A DNA stretch of 60,027 bases, the filler included, from Hausera hauseri (Eukaryota), in the NCBI GenBank assembly GCA_046269625.1. It is 11 parts of 11 records of this genome, joined end to end, with 100 filler letters (N's around TTAATTAATTAA, not from the genome) between each part and the next. Parts side by side here need not be neighbours in the genome. Positions count along the whole stretch, not along the records: positions 18,340 to 28,761 come from JBJURY010189971.1; positions 28,862 to 35,077 come from JBJURY010124984.1; positions 35,178 to 41,191 come from JBJURY010153199.1; 8 more parts are not named here. One strand, 5' to 3'. Numbering within the stretch: position 1 is the stretch's first letter; each line of letters begins with the position of its first letter. The position numbers and the translations under genes were made by a program. Below are positions 24,519 through 36,419 of this stretch, piece by piece. The notes under the pieces were generated by a model, which had not been told where the DNA came from, did no database searches, and saw only the letters and a list, made by a program, of their open reading frames with translations.

Positions 24519-27500
24519 ATCGAAGGCAGACCCTTCGCAAAGATTCAATTGGAAGATTGGGAAGTTTATGCACTAATAGATACAGGATCTGAAATATCAC
24601 TAATAAAATATGATTCGATACCACAATTCTTACGGAAATAATTATATCCACCTCTGCGACAGCCCCAGGAAGCATTGGAGTTTTCCGACAATCCTCGAAG
24701 AGTAAATTCCGATGGAAACCGGAAATTCACATAATGGGGCAATCTTTTCGTCATGAATTCTCAGTAATGTAGAAATTAACGGATGATGTAGTGTTAGAGT
24801 GTGACCTATTGAGACAACTACCTAATATAGCAATCGATTTTAATGCAGGCAAGTTGATAGAACTTGGCACAATAAAAGTAGCTAAAACCACTAAAGACAG
24901 AAAATTCGGAGAAGTGTGGATTTCAGTGGATGAAACTACACCACCCAGAACAGAAATCCTAATATATGCTCAAATACGTCAGGGTGAAGATCAACCAATA
25001 TATTTTGAACCAAAGGAATCTCTCGATCCAAACCTCGTGCTCAGCAATGTTTTGACAAGAGTATCAACAGGCCGTGTACCAATCAGAATAGCAAATAATG
25101 CGCCCATTTTAACCAAACTGTAGGCCAATACCACTCTAGGACACACGTGTAGAGTATCATCAATCACTACTGAGAAGAAACCACATAAGGGTGGCGAATA
25201 TCCGCCACACGTGGAGACTAGGTTTTCACAAGAATCATATTGTCGATTTTACGAATTGCTTTGTTGCTATAGCTCGATTATCGCGAGAGATAAAGAAGAT
25301 ATTGGTTTAGCCAAAACCCTAAGGCTCACGATTCTACCTAAAAAGAAGCGCGGTTCCAACGACGAAATAGATTTAGAGGATCTTAAGATGCCCAAATGAT
25401 GCCCTCCTCCACACTCGTTAAGGCCAGAAATAACTAAGGAGGTTGAACGAATGTTAAAGGCCGACATAATTAGACTAAGTTACAGATCTTGGTATTCACC
25501 GATACTCATGGTTAAGAAAAAAGGTACCAGTAAGCACCGATTTTGTACCGACTATTGAGCGTTAAATACACTTATGATGAAGGACTCTTTTCCGTTACCA
25601 TCAGTAAAGGAAGATTTGGACAGACTTTCGGGAGCTAAATGGTTTACCACGCTTGATTTACAATCTGGATATTGGCAAGTAGAGATAGAGGAGGAAGATC
25701 GTTACAAAACGGCACTTAAGACACATAACGGTATATATGAATTCAATGTTATGCCCTCTGGAATAACTATCGGACCAGCCATCTTTACCCGTATGATGAA
25801 CAAAATGCTAATGGGACTGGAGCACGCATTTGCATATCTGGACGACGTTATGATTGCGTCGAAAACGGAAGAAGATCATTTAAAAGACATTGAAGGTACA
25901 CACATGAGATTGGAGCATGCTGGATTGAAACTGAATCCAAAGAACTGCAAATGGGCTCAGAATACTGTGTCGTACCTCGGACATATAGTAGGAGAAGGAG
26001 GATCGAAGCCGGAAAAATCATTATTAAGTAAGATATCTGACTGCATGGAACCTCAGAATCAAAAGGAATTAAGACACTTGTTAGGATTATGTGGATATTA
26101 TGCCACCTACGTACCAGATAATGCGAAGATAAATGCACCGCTATATCGTTTATTAAAGAAGGAAATCAAATGGAAATGGACCGATGTCGAACAAAAGGCT
26201 TTTGATGAAATGATAAAAATTTTAACTAGTGAACCTGTTTTAAGATATCCTGACTTCAACCTACCGTTCATAATTAAAACAGACGCCAGTAAGGAAGGTA
26301 TCGGATATGAATTGGCCCAAAAACGAGAAGACGAGGAGTTGGAACATCCGATTGCATACGGAGGACGTTCACTAAAGAAAGCTAAGAAGAACTATTCCGT
26401 AACAGAGTTGGAAACGTTAGGGGTAAAACAAGCCTTGCGACATTTTAACGTGTACGTATATGGACAGAAGATAGTAATCGTTACTGATCATAAGGCAGTT
26501 ACGACTTTAAAGGGTAGAGCTAATAATCCAACTTATAGACTGAGCAGATGGATTGAGGAAATCTCACGTTACAATATTGAATTTCAATACAAACCCGGAA
26601 GTAAACATTTCGATGCCGACGCACTATCGAGACTTAAAACCCAAACAAGCGCAGTTACAGTAATGAGGAAAGCACACCTTGATGATGTAGTAGAAAGACA
26701 ACGGACTCTCAAATTAGATAAGGCATTAAAGATTGCTGTCGAACAGAGAAAAGACAGGGTTATACAACAGATTTTCGAGTTCGTTGATACCAACGTAATA
26801 CCCAAGGGTCATCAGTTACGGAAACACCTACGACGATATGGTCACAAATACTGCGTCACTGGAGAATTGAACCTCGAAAATGTGTTATACTACTAACGAA
26901 AATGACGAAAATTAGTCGTCATACCGAAGGGACTACGAACAGAAGCACTCATGGCCGAACATGATTCATACATAGCCGGACACATGTCGTGGAAAAAGAC
27001 ATTGGAAAGGATATTAAATAAGTACTATTGGCCGAGCATTTATATTGACGTAAGGAATTGGGTGGATGCTTGCGAAGTATGCGCAACCAAACAAAGAAAA
27101 GTGAAAAACTATGTTGCGGAGCTTAAGCCTATCGACGTGCACGATAGGCCAATGCAAGCAATGTCTATGGATATTGTGGGACCATTGCCTATGATCCACA
27201 AAATCAACAAGTATATTTTGACCTGTGTAGACCGATTGACTCATTTCGTCGAGCTTATCATGTTGATAGACCAAAAAGCCGAAACGTTGGCAGAAGTAAT
27301 AGTCTGGAAGATTATTTGTAGATACGGACCGCCTGAACAAATTTTGACAGATCGAGGGAGAAACTTTACGAGCGAATTTTTCGACAAAATTACCAAAATT
27401 TTTGAGATTGAACGATTAACTACCACAGCTTATCATCCCCAATGCAATGGAATGTTGAACGAATGAACGCAACAGTTATACGAATCTTATCAACAGTAGT

Positions 27501-27620
27501 CGCAAAGGACCGGAAAGATTGGGATGAGTTCTTAGAAGGTACACAGTTTGCCACTAATACTACTCCACATCCTGCGACAGGATTCACTCCATTTTTTTAT
27601 GATGTACGGAAGAGATTAAT
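24519..27620 (+). pseudogene. Pol: aspartic protease, RT, RNase H, integrase (Ty3/gypsy order)
   Basis: RPFAKIQLEDWEVYALIDTGSEISLI; FTTLDLQSGYWQV, AYLDDV; IKTDAS, YSVTELE, TDHKA, DALSR; H..GH..CEVC, SMDIVGP, LTDRGRNF, AYHPQCNG. Confidence 0.95.
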
Positions 27621-27629
27621 GAGAGAATT

Positions 27630-28056
27630 TGTAGTAAATATGTAAATATGAAAATAGTTAATAATTATACGGAATTTTTGGAAAATCAATTGTAAATAAT
27701 AAATATGAATTTATGCATGAAATTACCTATGACTGCCGACTATATAAGTCAATACACAATTAGTCAAATCGAACAAGTTAGAAGTTAAGTTAGTGTTGAT
27801 TGAGCTGCCTGTAAAGATCAGATATCCAGTTAATTTCCGAAATTATCGAAACGATTTTCAATTGCCGAGCTAGCGGAGAAGCTCCAAGAAATTAGAATTT
27901 TCTGAAGAAGATTGCAGTTGACTCAGATAACTTGAACGATTTGTAGAAAATTTCCGACGACTGTATCGTCTGGTATATTGTTTTATTTGTCAATAAATTC
28001 GTATTGAAAAATTTTTTTATAGTTTTCCGTCTCTCCTTAGAGGGACTTGTACTACA
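27630..28056 (+). repeat. 3' LTR (427 bp)
   Basis: Terminal inverted repeats TGTAGTA...TACTACA, purine tract GAGAGAA just upstream, TATATAA ~27740, AATAAA 27992-27997. Confidence 0.8.
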
Positions 28057-29032
28057 TTAAGGATTAAATTCGAATTAAACTTTATAGTTAAGTTGAGAAT
28101 TTGTAAACTACGCAAAGCACCGCACGCAGTACAAGCATCATAAACTAGTGCAAACATTCTAACGAGAACGTTAAGACTTACCTGCTTAAAATCATTTTTT
28201 TAAATTCGAGTTTCAATATTGTTATAGTTGGGTGTTGAATAGGGACCACCTTCAACTACTAACATACATATTGAGTAAATTAGCAGTTCTCTTTTGTACA
28301 TCATGGTTGCTATGGCAACGATGAACGCATAGAGACACAAGATTACAGGCATGTTTGATTTATTTTTACCGAAGAAAACCTTAGTTACTGGGTGTAAAAC
28401 ATTTTGAGAGCACTTTATTCGTTATTGGTTGCTATAGTAACGAGATATACTTAGTAACACTTGATTACAAGTTTAATTCCGCTGATAATTCCGACATTTC
28501 CATANNNNNNNNNNTTTTTGCACAATTTCAACTTCAAAACAATTTATCAATTGTAATCAATACATGTTTCCTAGACATTATCAAAATGTTGAATTTCATA
28601 TAAAATGAGGTTTCAGTGCGTTGAAATACAGTTCAAAACGTTGAAACCTCGATAACAGTATTTTGAGAAATTATTCAACACTCAGAGTTTAAATGCTCTT
28701 TTTATTAAAGTAATGAGCCCCCGGTTGGTGCCAACATCAGCTTTTCATGGAGCACTAGTCCNNNNNNNNNNNNNNNNNNNNNNNNNNNNNNNNNNNNNNN
28801 NNNNNTTAATTAATTAANNNNNNNNNNNNNNNNNNNNNNNNNNNNNNNNNNNNNNNNNNNNATGCGGAAAACTGTTCCAGGTGATTGATTTCTACTCGAC
28901 CAATGAGAAGTTCGAAAATGAAGCCACAATAAAATTTCGAAAATTCAAAAATTCAAAATCAGCAATCGACTACGAAATCCATTAGCATACGTTGATTTAT
29001 CATTTAATAACATCGTTAGGTTTCCCGATCAT

Positions 29033-30940
29033 GTGATGATGGTTACCGATGAGTTGGATCTTAGCAACAATAAAATTAGAACTGTTAGTCAGAATATGTT
29101 AAAGAAACTCTCAGGTCATACAAATAAAAATCTCGTCATGCACGGAAATCCGTTGGCTTATCCGCCGAAAGAATATTCGGAAATGGGTTTAAAATCAATG
29201 GTTAAATTCTACGAAGAAAACGCAATCGAAGAAAATAATTATTACGGTATCAAAATATTCGGTATGGGCTGTGAAATGTACAAATCGCGAATAATCAACT
29301 CATTTGTAGATCAGTTCGATGAAGATGATTCATCGAATAATGGGGAAAATAAAATCGATTTAATCGAAACGAATCTGGAAGATGATGGGCCGAGTTCAAA
29401 ACCATTTAACGTTCAGATCGTTGATATAATATACGGAGACAAATCAATCGATTTAATGTCCCTTATTTTGACCAAACCGGCGTTATTTCTACTTTTTATC
29501 GATGTTGATAAATATTCGGATGAGAATTTTGAAAAATCCACAGGAAATATTTTGAAACAAATCATCGTTTTAAACAACCAAATAACGTTTATTTTAATCT
29601 GTGTTACACAAAACGATAATGAAATCCGAACCAAAGAAAAAACTCGACAGTGTCGAGAAAAAATCAATAAACTATTCGATGATTATTTGGCGAACATCAC
29701 CGTTGAATTGAGGAGTATTGAATCGAAGAGCGAAATAACACCGACAATGAACCAAAATCTGAAACGATACATCCATTTACAATCGGTCAAAATCGACTGG
29801 CACAAAGAATCCATTGTCATCAAACCGAACGATCCGAAATCGATCAGTCAAATTTTAAAAGCCATTCATAAAATGGGCAAAGGTTCAAAATTATTTCCGA
29901 AAACGAAACATATTATACCGAAATTTTGGGTCGATGTTCAATCGTATTTGGAGGAGGATTCGTACTATTTCCCGTTGGTGACGTTCGAGGAATTTGAACT
30001 GATCATTCAGCAACGATTTAATCTCAGAGCAGCTGCTATAAAAATCGCGAATTTTCTTCATGAAACCGGGAAAATTCTGTGGTGGGAAAATGGTGTTAAA
30101 CCCCTTAATTTTTGGGTTGTGACCTGCCCGCAAACATTAATCGACTGTTTAGCCGTATTCTTCCAGAACGATTTGAAAGCGTATTTAGAGGATCCGAATG
30201 ACGTTGATTTAAAGTTAAGGAGATTTAAAAAGAAATTTCCTGGAAGCAAATTTACGTACAAAGAATGTTGTGGTATTTTGATTAATGAGGCGATTCTCCT
30301 GCCAGAACTAGCAATTATTTTACTGGAAAATATCATGCCCGAAAACAGCATCATTCGAATGTTGTACTTTCTTACCGAATGTCTCGGTTTGGGTTACCCT
30401 GTCAGTTACCCGAAATACCTCCAAACAAATTGGGATTCCCTGTTTATGGAATTGAAAGAGAGTCAGTCAGATTCGACGACAATCGTGTCCAGTGTTGAAT
30501 ATCGAATAAAATCCGCAGATTCCCATAAATCGGTGGAGTTCAAAAGCAGTAAAATACCGCCGATTTTGTTGAATTTCCTTTTGCATAAATCCGATTGTTC
30601 GCCTGAAACTAATAAATGCTGGAATTCGGCAATTGGTTTTCGAATTGGTGCTGCATACAAATTTCCTTTGGGTTTACAACTATTGTTACGTCATCAGATT
30701 TTCAGTCAATTTTCCAGTGTACATGGTGTCAAAGTAAGGAGATTTATCAATTTTTTCTGGTGGTTCTCTGATTGGTTAGTTCTATGCCTTTATCGAATAA
30801 AACTCGAAAATATTTCGTACTATTCGTATTGTTCACTATCCTTACTATTGAGAAATGCATGCTGGATAAATCATTAGCTGTACTGACCAAAACTGGTCTA
30901 ACAAAGGAACTATCATTGTAGTAACCAACTCCGACCGTGA
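29033..30940 (+). CDS. ROCO-family (LRR-Roc-COR, MFHAS1-like) protein, partial, degenerate Roc domain
   Basis: LDLSNNKI and GNPLAYPP LRR cap; Roc-like ILTKPALFLLFIDV; COR motifs IPKFW, FLHETGKILWW, PQTLID; likely intron from GTAAG ~30733. Confidence 0.7.
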
Positions 30941-31239
30941 AAATATTCATGAACAACCAAAAAGAAAGATAAATTTTGCTTTATTTTGGATGTATATAGT
31001 TAATATATGATGTAAGTAGATCGCGTCTCTACCATCCCGACTTCTACATCAATTGATGATTGAATTATCCATAAGATATTTATTATAAAAGTTGATAAAA
31101 CAATTGTCTCATTCACTCATTAAATGATTCTTCTTTTCATCCTTTTTTGAATTTCCTGCATTTATATTGGCTCTTTATTCATTTAACTTTGAATTAAATT
31201 TAAACATTAATATTCGTTTAAATTCCTCCTCACAATAAT

Positions 31240-33000
31240 AAAGAAAGTAGCTGAAGATACAATAAGCATTTGGAACCAAACAAGTATTCCAACAATAGCT
31301 CATAAAAGCATTCTGAACAGTCTAGAACGAGTTGTGCAGAAAGGTAAAGACTTGCAAAAGTACTCAAATTCGAGAAATTCCCAATTGTTTCAAACGGAAG
31401 AAAGCTTTATTGAACTCTGATATTTGCCCTTACGAAATTGTTAGCACAGGAATATGTGATCAGTTGCAGTGGAAGTGAGATTAAGGTTCCTTCAATAGAA
31501 TGGAAATGTTGGCTCAATCAGAAATGTGAGTGGAGAATGATAATAGGGTCCGCGGATCGCAAAGTCACTAATAAATTACGGCGAAGGATTGAAAAAAATC
31601 TAGATTGGAGGATTACAACATGACGAAATCTACTCATGGCACCAAATCTGACAGTGAAGCACAAAGTGATGCAATTGAAGGTGCATCCAGTAATCCTTTG
31701 GGACTTGGTGACAGGTTTTGATGAAACGTCAGGTGATGAACATGTAACTGAAAATAACAGCCTTGACGAAACATCTGACACAGAAGAGGTACCTAATCCT
31801 CAAAATAGAAATCAATATGCAGAGCTGCGTCAAATGATGGAAAAAACAAGCATAACTAATCGAGACGCCTGTAAATTAATTAATGTGTACTTACTGGACA
31901 TAAGACTTAAAAATCAAGAAACCTGTTAGAATTGATTAAACTCAGGAGACAACGAAATCTGTTCAGAAACAAGATCGCCGAAAGACTTACCAGCCAGTAT
32001 AAATTGACCTGTATTGCACTTGGTGGAAGAGTAGAAGATACAAGGTTGTTTATGTCTGAAAGCCTTCAGCAAACTAAGAGGAACACTAAGGGAGAGTATG
32101 TTGACCACGTTTCTCCGCAGAGTGGAAGATCAGAGAAAATTGTAAAAGAAATCATGTCCGTTTTACATAGCACTGCATCAGTTGACAGTTTGTGCGCAGT
32201 AGCAAAAGGCACAAACATTAACACTAGTGAGCATAACGGTGTCATCAGGCTGCTGGAACAAAGTCTCAACCTTGCAGTATAGTGGCTCATACTCATGCTG
32301 CACTTGAATGAAATTACATAGGAGGGCTGCGAGCGATACGTGGTTCCATTGGAAGCTGTCTAAATTTCGAATGTGCATTGCCCATTGTTGCCTTCTCTCC
32401 TGTTGAAGGCAAGACAAGATATATACCACTGGAAATCAAAGATTTAAGTGAAGTTCAGCGTTACATGTTACGAAGTTGTTTAGCTGTTCAACAAGGTTAC
32501 AGCTGTGCTGATTCAGATGACATCCAATTTCTGAATACAGTGTATGCTCCAGGCTGGTTTGAAATCAAGATCCATCCTTACTGCTATGGTGGAGCTAGAG
32601 AAGTCTTCATTCTTGAAAGATCCAGGAACCTTTCTGATGAAACTATGACAACAGCTGTCAGAAACTAGTAGAAACAGAACAGTTACTTCTCTGGTTTCTG
32701 AGACAAAGACATACTTGTCAGATGAAAAGCCGTTCAGACTTTTATTACAGCATGGAAAGCACAGGTTGCAGATGGTATTAAAAAGCTCTCTAAAGCCAAT
32801 AGTGTATTAAACTTTGATGCAGATCAAAGTTATTGACTGCTTCACTTCAACAATCACTCTAGCATCAATTCTTCACTCTGTCTCTGATGAGATATTAAAG
32901 CGAATGTCTGAGTACGGTCCAGTGGAAGTGCCCAGCTATCAATACCACACAGAAGCTGTTGAAACGGCTATTAAAGGTCTCTCGTGCATCGGCAACGGTC
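31240..33000 (+). mobile_element. Decayed DDE transposase (hATm/Spy-like; family unresolved)
   Basis: EYVDHVSPQSG, GTNINT..NGVIRLLE..L..W..LHLNE and HTEAVE motifs spread over frameshifted ORFs. Confidence 0.65.
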
Positions 33001-33254
33001 TACTTTCACAGTTCTTGGTACGGTTTAAATTTACCGGCGGAAGCATCACGTCAAGAGGCCAAAATTGGACGATAAATGGTCATTTACTGCAACTTGCTGA
33101 AGTTTCTTTTCTGTAAGTTAATTCGGCTCATTTCACATCATCGCACCTCATCACTATCATGCTTGGTTATTAATGTGTGCGTTTGTCATCTTTTGTCATT
33201 TGCAAAATTCTTTGCTTGCGTACGGTTGTGGTAGAAAATAAATAATATACATTA

Positions 33255-34540
33255 CACGTGGGGGTATCATAAAGTTTCAATTATCAACATCAACAGAATG
33301 ATCTACGAGGTTAAATATGATGCGTTCAAGTTAAGTCTTCTACACATAGTCGCCCTGCAGAGCCACACATTTCTGCCAGCGTTTCTTGATCTGCCGCAAC
33401 CCAACATTAATGAAGTCCTGAGATTGTTTCAAGAACCACTGTTCTACTTCCAAAATCACGTCATCTGTTATCAAATCGCCGACCCCGTAGTGGTTTCTTC
33501 ATCTCAGGAAAGAGAAAGAAGTCGCTGGGTACGAGAACAGGCGAATAGGGAGGATAAGGCAATATTTCCTAACCACACATCTCAGCTTTCACCATAGATC
33601 CTTGGGCTGAATGTGCGGGGAATTGTCGGCTAGGAGATAGACACCTTTGCTAATCATACCGCGGCGTTTTTCTTTCACTGCGTCTCGTAATTTCTGCAGA
33701 AGGGTGCAGTAGTAAGCACTGGTGAGCCTAGACCCTTCGAAAGGTAATAAGTTGGGATCACACCATTACAGTCCCAAAAAACAAAGCATAACCTTTCCTA
33801 CAGATTTCTGAACCTGAGCATTTTTGGGAGGAGGGGAGGAGTGTTTCCACTGTTTGCACATTTCTTTGTTCTCTGGATCATACAGGTAGACGCAGCATTC
33901 ATCAATAGTTATGAGACGAGCAGAAAATTCCCTTCATCCTGTTCCAAAAGTGTCAACATCTGCTGTGAAAGTTCACATCGAGTTTGCTTTTGAAATAGAG
34001 TCAACAATGGGGAAATCCATCGGGCTGACACTTTAGATATGTGTAGTTGGTCATGTATAATTTTCCTCACACTTCCATAACTAAGATAAACTTCATTCAT
34101 GACTATTTCAATGGTGATTCGTCTGTCTTCAAGTATAAGAACCTCCACTTTCTTCACCATGTCACGATCATCCGTAATTGAGGGTCACCCGGATCGAGAG
34201 TCGTCTGAGAGACATGTGACCAATTTGAAACTTCCTTTTCCACTTCACAACAATGTCATATGATGGGCTATCATCACCATGAACAGCTTTCATTTCATCA
34301 CAAATTTGGTGGACACTGTTACCTTTCAAATGGAAGAACTTGATAACACTACGTGCTTCCATTTTGTCCATCAGACAGGTTATTGACAACTACCAGTTTA
34401 TAAAACAAAACAAGTTGACATAAGCAGTTGTAATTTACAACATCATGAACATAGGAGTCAATGATTATGCAGCTAAGTTTATAACTGAATAGATCAATTG
34501 TTTCATAGTGATAATTAAAACTTTATGATAACCCCACGTA
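33255..34540 (-). mobile_element. Full-length mariner element (1286 bp), inactive transposase
   Basis: ~32-bp TIRs (c/t)acgtgggg(g/t)tatcataaagttt(c/t)aattatca, TA on both sides; MDKMEARSVIKFF, KVSARWISPLLT (WVPxxL variant). Confidence 0.93.
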
Positions 34541-34725
34541 TACTTGATTTAGAAAAGTACTTAGTGATCACCCTATCAACATCATTAATATCCAAAAGCG
34601 TTATAATCATGTCATATTAGAGCTTAATGTTTTTTAAAAAGAATTTTCGAATTACTTCTTCCAATTGTTTAGTTGTTACAAACAATCCAAATATGTAAAA
34701 TGAATCATAAAGTCCAAAAACAAAC

Positions 34726-34940
34726 CTGAATGCGTAATGTCGAGCTAAAGTTACAATTTCATGATCGGACAACTCTTCAACTGTATACATCTGTCGCAAT
34801 ATACATACAAATTGTTGGAATGACGTGGTCTTCGTCTCATTATTGCCTTGTCGATGGAAATAATCTAACATTTCTTGTTTCTTTCTTTGAGCATTGGTAT
34901 ACATTTTTTCTAATATTCGACTTAGATTTGATTTTGGAAA
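34726..34940 (-). CDS. Exon of an EFHC2/Rib72-like axonemal protein
   Basis: AG/GT-bounded exon encoding FPKSNLSRILEK...LSDHEIVTLARHY, resembling the post-DM10 EF-hand region of EFHC2. Confidence 0.45.
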
Positions 34941-35177
34941 CTAGGATAAAAGTAATTATTACAATTGAAAATGATTAAATATATTTTTCCGGAAAATCCA
35001 TTACTTTATATCAAATGAATTCAAATTAGCCAAAATGGGAATTAAGTGGAAAATATTCAATCAGAAAATATATTAATNNNNNNNNNNNNNNNNNNNNNNN
35101 NNNNNNNNNNNNNNNNNNNNNTTAATTAATTAANNNNNNNNNNNNNNNNNNNNNNNNNNNNNNNNNNNNNNNNNNNN

Positions 35178-35423
35178 CTCAAAACTCAAAACAAACCAGT
35201 TCTCAAGTGCAAGGGCATAAATCTAAAACAAACAGATTTACAATTCGACAGCTACTTACAAGCTTATGAATCCGGTTGTGGGACTATGGTGGACCAGGAG
35301 CGAATTGGCAGTAAAAACCATCAACTTATGACAATTTGCTCAAAGAAAAAAACGTTGGATCCATTTGACGACAAACGCCAGTGGATTGAGAAAAACCGAT
35401 CAGTTGCTTATGGGCATTATTGA
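35178..35423 (+). CDS. C-terminus of a second pPolB
   Basis: Open frame KCKGINLKQ...IGSKNHQL...FDDKRQW...AYGHY*, homologous to 15800-16036. Confidence 0.8.
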   Translation, partial: LKTQNKPVLKCKGINLKQTDLQFDSYLQAYESGCGTMVDQERIGSKNHQLMTICSKKKTLDPFDDKRQWIEKNRSVAYGHY

Positions 35424-36419
35424 ATATGATTAATGTATATATTTCATGCTAATAAATATTTCTTTCTTTACCGTGTTTATTAATAAGGTTTTTTAATCAT
35501 TGTAATTACGTTTTGGTTTTGTGAACTTTTTTACCGTTTGTGAACATTTATAACATTTAAAAGTTAAACACATTTATTACCGAACAAATCTAGATAAAAA
35601 TATTACAAATGCACAAATAAGAATACTGCACACAAGTAAAACATTTCTCTGTCTTTTTCTAAATTCATCTCTAATGTTTGTCGTCAATATCGATCGAACA
35701 ATAAGTTCTACATAGTCTTCTTTTGATAGAAAGTATTCATTCTCCAGTTCATTTAGAAATTGGGCACAGTCTATTTTCCCACTGCATATTTCATTTGTGA
35801 GCCGTTTAATTTCAGCTTCTAAATCTATTTTGTAATTCTAGTGATATAAATTATTTCGGATAACACATTAAAAATCATACCATTTGTCGTACTATTCCTT
35901 GAAACAACGTCATGCTATTTACACACCAATATTTATACCCAACCACCAAAATTAAAACAAAAATATTTTGACACAAACCGACCAAATCAGATTGCACCAA
36001 GTGGGGTGGGAATAGTGAAACCCAATCTGCCGCAGAAATCCCTTTGTTCATAACCAAAATTTAAACAAATTTTTTACGCGCCAAATTCAAATTTGGCATA
36101 CCGTCCGAATCCATGCAGTACGCGTGCTTGTGTGTATACACTTTGTGACTGTATGCCTCCCCATCTGGGCCCTACTAATCGTGCGTGTGCGTATCGTTTT
36201 TTCTACCTCATGACTCATCCCGAACCATTTGCTTTCCTTCCTTCCCTGGGGGGGGGGTTGCGGCCATGCGCTCCCTTCCTACTACTCCCACTGTCCAAAA
36301 ATTTCCCAACGCTCAATAGTTTTTCCCGGGGGGTTGGCCTCATGCACTCCTATCCTACTACTTTCATGACTAAGCAAAATCAACGTACAATTCATGTGTA
36401 TTGTACATGTCATAATATT

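Larger units (their letters stand above)
18340..28056 (+). mobile_element. Envelope-bearing Ty3/gypsy LTR retrotransposon, order gag-X-env-PR-RT-RH-IN-LTR (5' end cut by contig edge; decayed)
   Basis: CCHC knuckle 18577-18618; region X to ~22000; glycoprotein 22020-24162; LIDTGS ~24573-24590; YLDD; TDAS; integrase; 3' LTR 27630-28056. Confidence 0.88.
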
